A stretch of DNA of 64,000 nt from Trichosphaerium sp. ATCC 40318 (taxonomy: Eukaryota > Protista > Tubulinea): the NCBI GenBank assembly GCA_038496445.1, contig JALMLS010000304.1, positions 124,001-188,000 on the forward strand, in the 5' to 3' direction. The translations under genes and the position numbers were made by a program. Position 1 is the stretch's first letter. Each line of letters starts with the position of its first letter. The notes below the pieces were generated by a model, which was not told the DNA's origin, searched no databases, and saw only the letters and a list, made by a program, of their open reading frames with translations. Shown here in pieces: positions 41,093 through 54,884 of this stretch.

Positions 41093-42124
41093 TTAAGCAT
41101 CCTGAGTAAGTAAAAAGGATAGTCTCTGAGCAATACCTTCCATCCGAAATTTAGGTTGTTTTCTAGCCAATTCTTTAACGCCTTCAATGGTAACACCACA
41201 TCGAAATATTTTTATAGTATGTGCATTATACAATACTTGAATACCTTTATTAGTAACCTTTTCATTCCATCCAAGTATTATAGTATGAACACCACCTTTT
41301 GCCAATGCCTCAATACCATGATCACTAACAAGAGTATGCTCAAGGTTTATCATATGCACACCAGCTAAGGATGCTATACCTACATCAGTTATGCCTTTAC
41401 ATAGATTGAGATTGATGCAATGAACGCCTTTAAGAAACTCTAAGCCCAAGTCAGTTACTTGGCTACAAGACCTCAAGTAAATCGTATGAACACCGCTTAA
41501 TGACTTTAAGGCATCGTCTGTTACCTTCGTGCCATACAAGTTAATAGTGTGGACCCCAGCGAGATGTTTAATGCCTTCGCTTGTAATGTTTCTACAGCCG
41601 GTCAATTGGATCTTATGAACGCCAGCTAGGTATTTAATACCCTTGTCAGTGATGTTTTCGTTGTAGCTAAGATCAAGTGTATGTACTCCGGCAAGTTCTT
41701 TTAGTCCATCGTCTGTTAAGTCACTAAGCCTTTCTCCACCAATATAACGAACTCCTTTAAGGTGCTTGACTTCTTTGTCAGTTATTCGAAGTGTATCGTC
41801 TATAAGGTTTAATTCTATGCGTTTAACACCTGAAAGCAATGACATATCATGGATTTTATAGCAAAATACAACAGATTTTTGTTTTAACAGTTTGCTCTTT
41901 GAAAGAGCGAGAGCGTCAGCCTCCGTGAATATACATACATGCTCGTATCCTACAAAATCGCGTATGATAGATGCAAAGGTAGAACATGTTAAAGCAAAGG
42001 CTACGCGATGATTGTTTGAAGAGACAAACGACATGACGTGGCATAACATTTCCGGTGGCATTGTTGTTATGCAGGCAGCATTATCTTCGGGTTGCTCTTG
42101 CTGTAATGTGAATATCGAACCCAT
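41093..42124 (-). CDS. Intronless F-box + LRR protein
   Basis: TMPPEMLCHVMSFV..ALTCSTF, then about 9 repeats of GVHTIxLxxxxxITDxGIxxLA; start probably MGSIFT (42124) or 42145. Confidence 0.85.
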   Translation of the reverse strand: MGSIFTLQQEQPEDNAACITTMPPEMLCHVMSFVSSNNHRVAFALTCSTFASIIRDFVGYEHVCIFTEADALALSKSKLLKQKSVVFCYKIHDMSLLSGVKRIELNLIDDTLRITDKEVKHLKGVRYIGGERLSDLTDDGLKELAGVHTLDLSYNENITDKGIKYLAGVHKIQLTGCRNITSEGIKHLAGVHTINLYGTKVTDDALKSLSGVHTIYLRSCSQVTDLGLEFLKGVHCINLNLCKGITDVGIASLAGVHMINLEHTLVSDHGIEALAKGGVHTIILGWNEKVTNKGIQVLYNAHTIKIFRCGVTIEGVKELARKQPKFRMEGIAQRLSFLLTQDA

Positions 42125-42266
42125 GTTTGCTATTAGACTATACATTGTTGACTGTCGTTCTATTATGTAGAAGTGCACTTCTGGTATTTCACGCGACTTA
42201 ATAAAATCCAAAGTTAAGTGAAAGCGAATGTAACAATCTACCAAAATTGCTTCCCTTTTTTTCAAG

Positions 42267-43603
42267 ATGGACATGTTCAGGCCTGAGGACCAGCTTGTAT
42301 TTAAACTCGTTGGCGTATCATTTTGGGGTGTTTTATTAGGCACGTGCGCATTGTGACCAAACACATACAATAGCTCACAAGATGGGTAGTTATTGTAGTA
42401 CCAATGTATGTATGCCAACGCGATTACTTTAGGTACAGCTTCAAGAGTTTTTTTTAATTTCAGTTTAATACCCACGTGATCGAGGCCATAACATCCTTTG
42501 GATGGTCTTCTTTTTCTGTTTTACATTATTTGCTTGTACTTATCAGTATTTTTTGATATGGCGGTGGTTCTGCACAAACAATGATGCGATTACAACGCTG
42601 GGCTATACTCTTGGCGATTATTGGTTCTTTTGAATCAAAACAAAAAGTACGTGTCTTACTTACTACGTAGTGCGATTGGCTTGGTTTGCTATAGACCCAC
42701 TAGAGAAAAGACACAATATTCCACCTACACTCAATGGTTTTCTGTTTGGGATTGGTGTTTGGTTCATGCACGTGATCTCTTCTTTTCGTATCGAAAGAAA
42801 CTTCGATTGCTTATCTTCCGTTCAGAGATGCTGCCTGGGGATTAAACCTATTGAGATATGCACAATGTTTATGGAAGTTAAATAAGAGCGATAACCTTTG
42901 CTTGTACTTTACAAGAGCGTTCTTATTCGTACTCCTCATAACGGATGTTTTGGTTCAAGTTAGTTTTAACATGGCAATAAACAGCTTCCATCATGATAAA
43001 GAGAAGAGACATACTATTACAACTGCGTACTATATATTAGCCAGTTGTGAGGTACTAGGATATACAATACTAGGATCAGTTGTTCTGTCTGGAATACTCA
43101 GCATACCAAAAAACTTCCGATCAGAAACAACAAAGTTTATTATTCGCAAGGTTTGATTAACCTGAAAGTGTAAAAAACGTCACTCACCACTTTCGTTTTA
43201 AGGTCAAAGCATTCCTTATTCTTGGTGCTAGCTTCCTTGTTGCTTTTGGAATAGATTTATCCATTGGCGCTGCTTTTAGGCCGTACAGAGAGGCATGGTG
43301 GAAATTTGTGGTAATTTGGTCTTTTTTTTTCATCACAAGTCATTAATGATGGTTGTTTAAAAGGTTACAAGAGGAATAGAATGGTCTTTTTGTGCGGCTA
43401 TTATAGCAGTAACTTGTTGGAGACAAAAAGTACCTCCAAGTTCTATTGGACCTTCAACAATGACATATGGCTCCACAACATACTGGCCTGGAGAAGATTT
43501 CTCAAGGAGAGACGTTGAACAGATCATAGGAAATACGACAGTTCTGATTACAACAGAAAATGAATTGAAGAGTCAAGATGCGCCACCAGAAAACGCTGTC
43601 TAA
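42267..43603 (+). CDS. Multi-pass (7TM-like) membrane protein; 2 GC-AG introns
   Basis: Spliced TM exons: GVSFWGVLL, ILWMVFFFCF, RLAWFAIDP, AFLFVLLITD, AFLILGASF, IEWSFCAAII. Confidence 0.6.
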
Positions 43604-43778
43604 TCTATTTTATCATGTCATAACAATGTACTTTTACTTGCTGTAATTTTGGTTTTTTTCCAGTGGCCGATACGTTCCAAACGTGTGTAACAGTTGATTA
43701 TTTCTTTGAGTTCATTGAAAAAAGCTGTGTTAAGCAAGGTAGTTAAGGCTAACCAGCATTATTTTGATTTCCTACCAC

Positions 43779-44858
43779 ATGACCACTACCACACATACAG
43801 AGCAAGCTTTAGGGCTTTTTGATCAAATAAGAAATGTGCTGCGTGTTGAAGGTATTAAAGAGCTATCTGGCTCTTTTCCGATAGAAGTACGAGCTCATAC
43901 AATACAAGCAAACAGCTTTGCAGAAAAATTAAAGACACTTCACAGAAATTGTAACTCATATCTTGCCTACAATATTTGGGTGTTTACTAATAAGATATGA
44001 TATTAGGAAATGCCTTGGAACACTGACACCTACAGTAACTATCTCGGTATGACATTTTATAGACAACAAGCAGGCACCCGATTCTACACACAAGTAACAG
44101 ATAGAGTTATAATACGACTAAAGAACCTACAAGGAGACGACTTGCCACTTGTTTGTCTCATACCTGTACGACCTTTAAGCAAGCCTTAAGTCAACACTGG
44201 CTACTCTACAAAAACTCTAATAGTTTCGCTTATTATGATAGGTCCTATTACATGAGTTTGCGCACTGTATAACTAACGTAAACTTACCAACGAATACAAG
44301 AAACAAGAAAATGAAAAAACTTAATACAGATCATGCTCATCATGATAAGGCTTTCTATGAAAACTTTGCAAGGATTCTACAATTATCTGAGAAACTAGGG
44401 ATTTTCAAGATGCCTTCAAGTGTAGGAAAGTTTAATATGGACTCTCTATTGAGGTTTGATAAGATAGACTTTATGGAAACAAGTCCTAGCATTGTTGGAT
44501 CTACTAAACTTTCCTTGACATGTGATGTAGCCAAGCTCACTCAAAGTATTGTAAGAGGCATTGTAGAAGAGGATAGAGTATTTCCAATGCGGATAACAGT
44601 TAGAAATGGTGCTGGAAAGGAGAAGGTTATAACAGTAAAAACAGCAAAATTATTGAACTTTAAGGATGTAGCAAAACTGGTAGGACAAAAATTCTGTAAA
44701 AAGCCAAAAGAGTACGCTCATTAACTTACTGCTAACAAGAGCCGTTTGTTGACAGTTGTTTTAACTTATGTAGGTTTTTTACTGCTTCTGGAAGAAAACT
44801 ACAAAACACAGAAATCAGTGCAATGTCAGGACAAAGCAACGTTCTTTGTATTCGATGA
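43779..44858 (+). CDS. Hypothetical protein, possible C-terminal beta-grasp/ubiquitin-like domain
   Basis: Exons link ORFs 43764 and 44311; C-terminal RITVRNGAGKEKVITV..FFTASGRKL. Confidence 0.45.
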
Positions 44859-45152
44859 TAGCTAAATTTTTCTCAATAAAAAATTAAAAGCTGACAGACT
44901 TGTTACGCTTATTTAAATACCATGCTATGTAAGCAAACAATGGCTAGAGAAACAAATCTGTTGATACGTTGTAGTGTTCCTAAATTATGTCATAGCTATG
45001 AGTCAAGCCAACACTTTTCAAATTTTGTTAGCACGTGACATTTTTTTTTTTTGCGTGCGGGAGGTCATCGCACCGAATAACACTCAAGTAAATTTAGACT
45101 TAAGAGTACAAATAGTGTAATTTGGGGTGTTAACTTTTTTTTATTGTACTGC

Positions 45153-47878
45153 TTACATGTGAGGATGGTCAGGCTGACGTCTCCTAAAGAAATAAAATCA
45201 GATAACACATGAAAAAAATGTTTGAATATTTTTTTGACTTCTTAAAAAGCCTTCCGTGCTACGACATTTTGTTGTCAGTAATAACGTACCTTGGTGCAGC
45301 TTTAATAATAACGTCTGTACGGACAATCATTTCAGCGGCTTCAGCAGCGCTAGTCAACACTTTTGATTTTACTTTAAAACTTTCAGTAATTCCCAAAGCT
45401 TTTACGCATCCAATTTGTCCTTGTTCAATATCAAGACCGTAGGTATTTTTACCTTCGTAATGAGCAGCGCGCAATTGTGCTACAAGTTCGGAGCTATCAA
45501 ATCCTATAAAAACATAAGAGACCACAAAGAACAAAAGCAAGAATCAAAAACTTAAACAAGTCAACCAGAAAAACATTCAAAAAAATCTAAAAATGCTGTT
45601 CATCAAAAGTAGCTTGACATACCTGCGTTATCTGCAATGATAGTTGGGAGCATACGAAGTGCTCTGGCGAAAGCTTCAATAGCTAGAGACATCTTACCAG
45701 GTGTCTTCTTGGCAAGCTCATCAACAGCCTTTGCCATCAAAACCTCAGAACAACCACCACCAAGAACAACTCTAGATTCTCCAACGGTTTGTGATAGAAC
45801 GCAAAGAGCATCATGGAGACTTCTTTCGGCTTCATCAAGCATATGTTTTGAAGCACCACGCAAGACAATCTAATCGAAGAAAAAAATAAGCAAAAAACTT
45901 CAAAGAAGAAGAGAAAAGGTAAAGCCAACAACAACGTACAGTACAAGCTTCACCAGCCTTACAACCTGAGAAACGGATCAACTTATCTTCACCAATCATA
46001 GTCTAACATTCATAGTGAGTATATAGCCTCTGTAGTAGTTTGTTAACGTACTTCTTCAATGACCTTGCAAGAACCAAGTTGAACACGTTCTGGGTTATCA
46101 AAAGTGGAAACAATTTCACCTCCAGTGACAAGAGCTAATCTAAAGAAGAGTTTAGCGAAACGTGGTATAATTGAAGGTTATTGTATGATATTTACCTTTC
46201 AACGCCTTCAAAGTCAGCGTGTTCAATGGCCATAACACCGTTTTCAGCAAAGTGTTGTTCAGCGAGATTGTAGATTAATTGACGATTAATAAAACAAGTG
46301 ATATCGTGTTTTAAGATTTTGTTGCATTTATCAATCATACGCTTTCTTTCGGCTTCTTCGAGTTTACCAACTTCTTCAGTACCGGTAGTTTTAACCTAAA
46401 AAAACCAAATAAATAAGACATTAAACTAGTTAACTAATAAAACACTAAACAACACCACAAAGCTGTAAACAAAAAATGTTTCACAACGAAGAAAAAAAAT
46501 TCTGAGACTTTTTTGAGGTTTTTTTTTTTTGTAGTTTCCACTGAAAACGCGATGTACTGCACCCGATCAAGAGTACAATGACAAAAAAAAAATGAAAATT
46601 CAATAAAAATCTCACCTTTGCGCTAAAAATTTTAATCTTATCAGTGTCCATGGCAGTATTAGCGATCATAATTTTAGCATTCTCAATTCTCTTTGGTTGG
46701 CCTACGCCAATTTTTTTATCCAAAATGAACCCTTCAGCTAAGAATGAAGCTTCAAGGGAACCACCCAATTTTTTAAGTACGTAGATCATCTCTAAATCAG
46801 TAGAACCCTATAAATATGTAAATAAACCACGTGGGAAAAAGTTAAAAAAAGAAAACAAAAAAACAAAAAAATAATTTTTTAATCGACGTCATGTTTGTTT
46901 TTTGAAGTACCTTTAATCTGAGTACAGCGTCTACAGCCATATTGGAGAATTTTTCCTTGTAAGAACCCAAAACTTTTGAGCTCAAGGTTGTTCTAGCGAT
47001 GTTCATCAAATCCTCTCTAAACTTTTCTTTATCACCTTTGTTGTCTACAGCAGATGCTTCAAGAGCTGCGTAAGCAACCTTAACTGCCTCACGCCAACCT
47101 TTAAATGTGTTAGCGATGGCTGTAGGAGCTCAAAGGAGACAAATAACAGAAATATGTAAAAACCGCTGTACGGAAATTTTGTCGTGTACAAAAATTAAGA
47201 CACTCCATTTTGAGGCTAAAAGAGCTGGAATCGCCAGAAAATTGGGTTTTAACGCTAAAATAGGTACAAACCTGCGACGATTGTTTGAGGGTGAATCTTT
47301 TTGTTGACTAGACCTTCTGCTTCTCTCAATAACTCGCCAGCGAGTACGCACACGGATGTGGTACCATCGCCTACTTCATTATCCTGTGTTTTTGAAATAT
47401 CGACCAAAATCTTTGCCGCTGGGTTGTCTAGAAGGATGTTCTTGAGGATTGTAGCGCCATCGTTTGTCATGGACACTTCAAAACTTCTACCACCTTCTGG
47501 GTTGGCTGGTTGGAGGATTTTGTCCTACGTGAGCGAATTTAGAAGCTTGTAATCAAAGAACTTGGATTGTGTAGCGAACTGGAGGGAAATTGCAATTAAT
47601 TCGCTACGATATCGTACCATGCCCTTAGGACCTAGGGTTGTCTTGACCATATCACTGAGAGCCATTGGGCCAACGTATGCGGCCTAAAAAGGTATTTGTA
47701 TAACACATTAAGTATTAGTACGCGTTTACCAGTCGAGCGAACTGTCCTTTCTCAACTCTAGCCTCTGCGTCCATGATCTTAGCTGGTTGTGTGTCCAACG
47801 CTACTGCTGCCTATAATTCTGCGTTTAATCGCTTGATATAACGTAGAATTAATGGGATACCTCGTTCATGTTTGACAT
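45153..47878 (-). CDS. CCT2: T-complex protein 1 subunit beta
   Basis: KTTLGPKGM|[67 protein letters not shown]. Confidence 0.96.
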
Positions 47879-48043
47879 GGTGTGATGTTTGATATGAAGA
47901 AAATCAAGCAAAAAGTATCGATTTTTCGCTCGGATTTCTTTGTAGTCGTTTCACAAATTTTTTTTGGTTTGTCAACAACTTTAAACAACGTCAGTTGTAA
48001 GCTCACGAAACTACCAACAATACAAAAACAACCGCGTTTTAAC

Positions 48044-51000
48044 ATGGCAGACATAGAAAATACAGCCACTGAAGTACGTACACGTTTTGGTTTTTAGCAA
48101 ATTAACCTCAAGAAACACCTGAGAAATACATATAACGTTGGCAGTACGCTGATTTAAATTTGTAGCCTACAAACGATGATGTTACAATTGGTGTGCTTCC
48201 ACCAATGCGCCCAGCTACTATTTCCAAGGTTTTGAGCTTCTTGGATACTAAGGACTTGATACAGCTCGTGTTTGTATCGAAACAACTGAAAGAAATTGTA
48301 TACCAAGATAGCAAAGTTTGGATGCTATTGGCAGAGAGAGACTTCGCATACGCACCACCACAGGATGTATTAGTAACATTAGCAGCTCCTCGTGCATGGA
48401 TGGAAGAGTACAAAGCTATCGTTAAGTCTAAGAAGCAAATGGCAGAGAGTACACTATCATTTAACATTAAAACGGAGGTACGTATAATTTTCCGTCTTTG
48501 CGTTTAAAAACCTCTGAAAGCCTGAAAAACGTTGAATAAAAACGCCAACATCTCGTTTAGGATGGTACCATTTCAGAAGATGGACTTTCAATGGAGTGCT
48601 CAAAAGATTTCCCATTAGATCCAAATACACTTATGCATGGTTCTGTCGTACGTTGGAGGAAAAAAAACCAAAGTGTCAAAATGTCGTTTCGACTTTATTT
48701 TTTTGTTTTGTTTGGTTTTATTTGTTTGTTCTCTTGTTAATATATTTCTTCTTTAGCTTGCGCAAAGTAAATACTCTCAAATACCTCAACTACCAGGTTA
48801 TGTGTATTATTATGAAATCACAATTGAGAATGAAACAAAGGGGTATGTCATTGAATTATTTGTTTCTTTTTTCGCAAGGTCATTAAACAAAACCTTATTG
48901 TAACCTTACTTTAGTAAAATTGCTCTCGGTTTAGCTCCGAAGAAAATGTATAGAGGTGTACCTGGATGGGCACCAAGCAGTATCGGTATTAAATTGGATG
49001 ATGGTAAACTCTACACTGGTGGTCATTTAGGTACAAAAAAAAAAAACAAAAAAAAATCATGTTGTTATTTAAAGTACTAACTGGCGTGTAGGTTCCAGAA
49101 CCAAGGGAGAGCGTTATACTGCTGAAGTTAAAAAAGGAGATGTCATTGGATGCGGTATTAACTTATCTACAAGGGAACAATTTTTTACATTAAACGGAGA
49201 GCTTAAAGGTGCGTTAATGCTGTTTTTAGTCTCCCAGACGCTGTACTACATCTCCGATCTTGTATTAACAGCTATCATTAGTTCCTGTCACTAAGAGAAA
49301 CTCTAACCAACTCGATTCTATCCTCTTCTTATACCATGCTGCTATTCTATCTCCAACAGTACACAAAGATTTTTTAAATTGGGTTTAGTCATAATGATTG
49401 TTTTTAGATTGCTCTTTTTGGAAAAGGCGAAAAAATATCAATTAACTTTGGAGCAAAGCCTTTTGTTACTGACCTGACAACACTTAAAAAAGGCGATTCA
49501 CAGATACGCACAATGTTTAAAATATGTACGTACATGGTAGAAGTTACACAACCTCGTAAAGATTGTCTTTTAAAGAGTTTGGATATTTTTTTTTTTCAAC
49601 GTTTTTGCTAATTTACACTAAAGGTCAACTTGTTCGTGGAGACTTTTTGATGCAAGCTGAAGAGCTTGAATTTGGATTTTTGAAACAGCACTTTTATGCT
49701 GATGAATGGACAACTAGATCACCTACATTAATATGCTCAAAAGATAAAGAGTTGTCTTGGCGCATCATTGAGGTAATCCGCAGTTTTTTTCAAAAAAAAT
49801 CCAAAACCAGAAAAAAAGCACATCCAATCTCTTTGAAAGACAAGTCTTTACGGAGGTTGTGTAACTTCTGGTTTTTATTTTTTGACTTTTGTCTTGTTGT
49901 GATTTTACTAAGCTCAGTAAAGTCTTGTATGTTTTTTATTTATTTTATGCTTAACGTTATACCTTTAGTTGTTTTGGATAGCTGATCCAGGTAAATCAAA
50001 GACAACAGAAGAGATGGAACCTGAACTTAAAGCATACGCAAAGAAGTTAAAGATACCAGTTTCTTCAGACTTGGAGAAGCTAAGAGAGACAGTTAAAATT
50101 GGTGCACTCAAAGCAATTGGTAAAGCAATCATGGGAGGATTCGTAGAATACGTAGAACAAAAAATATACAACAGAGAGTACGATGAATTTCCAAACTATA
50201 AAAAAACCCAAGATGGTCAGTTCTATCGAATTTACGGTCCTTAGGGAGTATGAAATGAAAGAGCTTGGTTATGAGCCTGGATTAGCACTTCTATCTTACT
50301 TATCTGATGATGTACGGAGGATAAAAATCTTGAGTTGCAGAGCTACCCTACTTTTTTAATCCAAATTTCACTTTTATTTTTTCCATTTCACATTCGTTCA
50401 ATCTGTAACCTCTACAATCTCTTTCTCTTTCAAAGTGAGTAGTACTGATTTGATTGATCCAATAGATACCTTCAGATAATCCGTTACTCGTACACTGTTT
50501 GGCTAAGTACGAGAGAGAGCAAAAGAACTACACAGTTTTCCTCGGCGACGATTTTGATACTTCACGACCTGACTTTAAGTACGCATTTTATTTGACTTGC
50601 CCAAAACAGGTGGCTATACAATATTTGTTTTTATTAATGTACTCATATAGAGAGTTATTTGCTGCTTCAATGAGTGTCTTGGTACGTTTTTTTTTGATGT
50701 CCAGTGTTGCTTGTTTTGCAAATCTTTGTGCTCTTGTGTTCTGTGGTTCTAACGCTTTGTAGCAATACATTAGTATGCTAGAATATTGGAAAGATCGTCA
50801 TATAAGAGAAAAGAGTGCTGGACACGCAAGAACAGCACCTGTACAGTTGGTACAAGCAGGTCCAGAAGGATTCATCGAAAGGTAATTTTTTTTTGTATTT
50901 TTCTCGTGTCTCAAGATTTCAGATTTATTTGTGCCTCCTACGTTCATAGTGAATCTCACAGTTATCTAGATTAACTGCAGAGGAAATCAAGAATGAGAAG

Positions 51001-52191
51001 CTTGCTTTGAGTTCAGGCGCTCTTGATAAAGAGGAAATTACAGATCGTATTCTAATGTACGTACCATTTAAACTATGAAAAAATTTCAGTTCAAAATAAC
51101 CAGTAAACGCCACACCAATGCCTGGTTGTCAAACACTTTTTTTTTTGGTGCAGTTAAGTTTTCTCTAAAGTGACTTAAAGTAATTTTTTTTTCCAGGTTG
51201 TACCTTCGTATATATTTCGATGTACCTCCAGAGATTGATGTTACAGCACCAATAGAAGATTTACAGAATATATTCGTGGAGTTCCTTGATCAATATGAGA
51301 GTGTTGTTGTTAGGCTAGCAAAAACACAACGCATGCGTGATGTACGTTTTACTGCGGTATTCTGAGCTTTTTCCTTTTTTCGACCAAACCACTTCCAAAA
51401 ACCTCGCCTCTACAAATGGATACGGCCATACAACCATGAAAACTCCGTGTCTCTTTCCGAACCGCGAAGATAAGCATGGTATGGCCCTGCCAGTACTTGG
51501 GTCCGTGAGGACCAGGGAACGTAGGGTGCTGTATTCATTTTGCTTTTTTTTTGTTGCGCAACGCTTCTTTGCACAGTACTGCTGCTAGTGCAGTATGCTA
51601 CTTTTTGAAACGATACGTAGCGTTGCTTTTGGCTACTTGTTTTTCCCCTTTGGAGTTTATTTGACAAAGTCTTGTAGATGGCTACTGTTATGAAGTCTCA
51701 TGCGATTCAATTGCAAGATGCAGCTATTCCAGACAATTCTCCTATCATTACAGATATAAAGAACAACTGGAAACCATTTTTCGCACAGATGGCACCAGGT
51801 CTAGACTACGATGCTGTTTCGTAAGTATTTTGCCTTCTAGTTTTTCACTTTTTTTTTTATTGATTGGTTCATTAGGAGACGGGATCTTGCTGCAAACCTG
51901 GCCGAAGTTGTACGACAAATACAAGTAGAAATGTCCCAAATGCTTCAAATGGAAGAGGGACAACAACAACAACAACAAATGCAAGCAAAAGGATACAGCC
52001 AAGAAGCAGGAGAGGTTGACGGAAGTAAGCAAAACCCCAAATATTTCTTTCACAAAAAAGGTAATAATTAACACCCTACTTTAGCTGAAGAGACTGTATC
52101 AACGATAATATTTATGGGGGTAGGACTCTTAACAATAGGTGCATGCGCTTGGGCAGTTAAAACTTTACTATCATCATCAAGCAAAAAGTAG
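48044..52191 (+). CDS. F-box + SPRY protein with C-terminal tail anchor
   Basis: KVLSFLDTKDLIQLVFVSKQL (F-box); YYYEITI, PGWAPSSIG..DDG, GDVIGCGINL..FFTLNG, INFGAKPF (SPRY); terminal TM IIFMGVGLLTIGACAWAV..SKK. Confidence 0.82.
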
Positions 52192-52511
52192 AAAAAAAAA
52201 AGAGGTGATTGCAAAATTCATTAAAACAATGAGCTTATCTGTTGTTTCATAAACTATTTACAGAAATGTATATGTATAAGCATCATAACGCTCCACACTA
52301 CACTATTGCAACCATATCTACTTGCTAAATGCTGTTTAAAGTCGAGAAAAGTAAAATAAATATTAGTCTGTTCTTTTTTTTAATTTATTATTATTTGGGG
52401 TTTAACAACAAACAAAAAAGAAGTCCTCTTTTAGTTGAAAAACCTTGTTAATGTAATCAGCAATCTTAAAATATGAATGTAGCTAGGGTATTTTCTTCGC
52501 GTATACGTTTA

Positions 52512-54681
52512 TTATTGTGATATACCCTGTTCTCTTGCAATTTTATCAAGCTATACAATGTTTTAGCAATGTGGTAAGAAAATAAAAAAAAACGAGTTTC
52601 TCGAGGCTTGTTTTTTCTTCACCTTTTTTGATTTATTACGTACCTCCTTTTTGACCGTTGAGTAGACGTTAGGAAAGTGTCTCTTGTCAGTAGTAAGGAT
52701 CTCGTCCATACGATCTAGGAGTCTGAAGAGATAATTCTTATTTTGAGTCTTGCAAGCCTAATCAAAAGAAAAAACAACTTAGCAACGAGTTTGGTTCGAC
52801 AGACTCTAAAACCTAAAGTTATACGTACCCACATGGCGCGTTGTTGTAAACAACGAGGTGAATTGAGATCGGATGGGTTGTACGGACATTCATCTTGGTA
52901 AGGAACACCTGAAAAACAGTAAATCCAAAAAGTAAGAAAAAAACCTGAAAATAAGGAACACAAGACAAGTAGAGTTGACTACCACTACGCGTGCGAAAAA
53001 ATATTTTTTGTTAAGTACCTCTCTTGGCCATATGCGGTTCGCCGAAAGTATCAATACCATCAGAGCAAGTACAGTAACTTGTAAGGTCTATAAAAACAAG
53101 TAAGAAAATCTGAGCTGTTTTCGAATTCTTTTTTTCTTTTTGCAGCTTCGCATTCACTTACTTCCGAACTGTTCCTCGTTGCATTGACATACTTCAGGCC
53201 AGAATACTTGAGAATCATCATCAAAATCTGGTTGTTCGCTATAAGTATCGCAATACATATCGTGACCCTGTAGGCACAGAATAAGGCGCTGGTAAACCGA
53301 GAAATCGACTTGAAAATTATAGTGTACGTACAACTTGATAGTACTCTCTTGCTTCGCGAGCAGTTGGTGCCCACACTACAAGGAACGTTACTTTAGCTGA
53401 TTCTCTATTGATTAAAGTTAAGATCATTAGCAACTGATGTTACAAACCCGCAAGAGATATTATCGAAGGTATGCATGAAATGCATGGTGAGATCGAAGTC
53501 ATCTCCGTTTTTGTCTCGAATTCCCCACTTGTCTGGGCAACTCTACAAAAAGCTTTAAAACGTGTTGAGACGCGTAATAAGCGCTCTATTTGCGTACCTC
53601 CCAGTCAGCGTGACCTACTATTGAGTCCGGATTACACTTTCCAATTCCCAATGTTGTACACGACTCAGGACCAACGCTTTCAGCATACCAGTTATCAAAA
53701 GCGTTAGAGTTGATTGTATTAAACAAATCAAAGTGCGCATAATCAGGATCGGCATCAACTGACCAATTAATAGCTACGTTTTCAATGGTATGATTCTGTT
53801 GGGTTTTTGGATAAGTCACTTAAAAAAGCCATATAAGCCACTTTACCTGAAAAGTACTGCAACAGTCTTCTGGGTACTCAACCCAAAAAGTTATAGCTGT
53901 GACTTTAGAATCTACTCTCCACTCTTCAGTCTTCGTAATAACCAAAGGACCAGTCTGTAATCGATAAGAGGGATTTTTGTTTTCGGTTGATTGTTTAAAT
54001 GTTTACGTACACGGAAAACGTGTCTGACGCCATCAGTCTGGTTATCAGCAAAAGGCGGGTGTGAATCTACGCTGTTTTTGTCGTTCAGCATAAATTATAA
54101 GTAGCAAAACGTATACCTTAGCACAGTGTAATTACAAATTGGTGACTCAACAGTTGGAAGGTTTTGATTGAACGGAGCGTCGCTACTAAAAGTATTGTTA
54201 CGCCTTATGTGTACTATATTTTGTTTTAACGTACGCTGGTACTGTATCACCTTCATTACCAACATAGGTGAATGGTATAGACCAGTTTCCTTTGACATAG
54301 TCGAATCTAACACGAGGATCATAAGTTTTATATTTTTTTTTGTTTTCAGTTTAAACAAAAGTTTGTTTGTCCCATACTTAATGCAAATAGCCTGCCAAGG
54401 GTTTCCAGGGTATGATACGTCAACACGTGAACATCCGTCTAACTTGTATCCCATCTCGTTAGTGGGATTATTCCATACGCCACAGCAAGAGTAGTGTGCT
54501 TGGGTGTGTCGTCCGCCAGCAAAAGCTTCGCCTGTGTTTTGTTATTGAAGAGTAACGTTACAATTACGCGTACAAGGCTCAGATGGTAACAATTGGCCTA
54601 TACAACATAAGGTTAGAATAAAAACAGCGCTAATTAATCACCTTGAGCCACTGCAGAGAATAGAAGAAACAACAGCAACAT
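52512..54681 (-). CDS. Secreted hypothetical protein
   Basis: Signal peptide MLLLFLLFSAVAQG; many in-phase exons (DVSYPGNPWQ; WSVDADPDY). Confidence 0.6.
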
Positions 54682-54884
54682 GAACGCAAAGAAAAATTGT
54701 TTTGTAGCGAGGTTGCGCGAGATAGATCCTTGTAAACTTTGGTCGTAAAACCTTATTCACATTTTTGAATCTCCACAAGATTTCTTGCAGACCACAAAAC
54801 TTTCCAGATATTTAAACCGGTCACAGCATCAATAAGAGCCTTAAAAACTTTCCTAAAACCTATTGTGCGTAGTGGAATGATCGA

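Noticed and set aside
42125-42475. N-terminal 116 aa of the 460-aa LRR ORF
   Set aside because: Non-ATG start, and it overlaps the first exons of the + strand membrane gene; probably a chance open frame.
15441-47552. Antisense ORFs over the MORN, DRG, CCT2 and other genes
   Set aside because: Shadow frames of real coding exons.
47811-47860. CCT2 intron 1 donor GTATCCCATT as a U12-type intron
   Set aside because: Deviates from RTATCCTT and has no TCCTTAAC-like branch point; no AT-AC introns seen.
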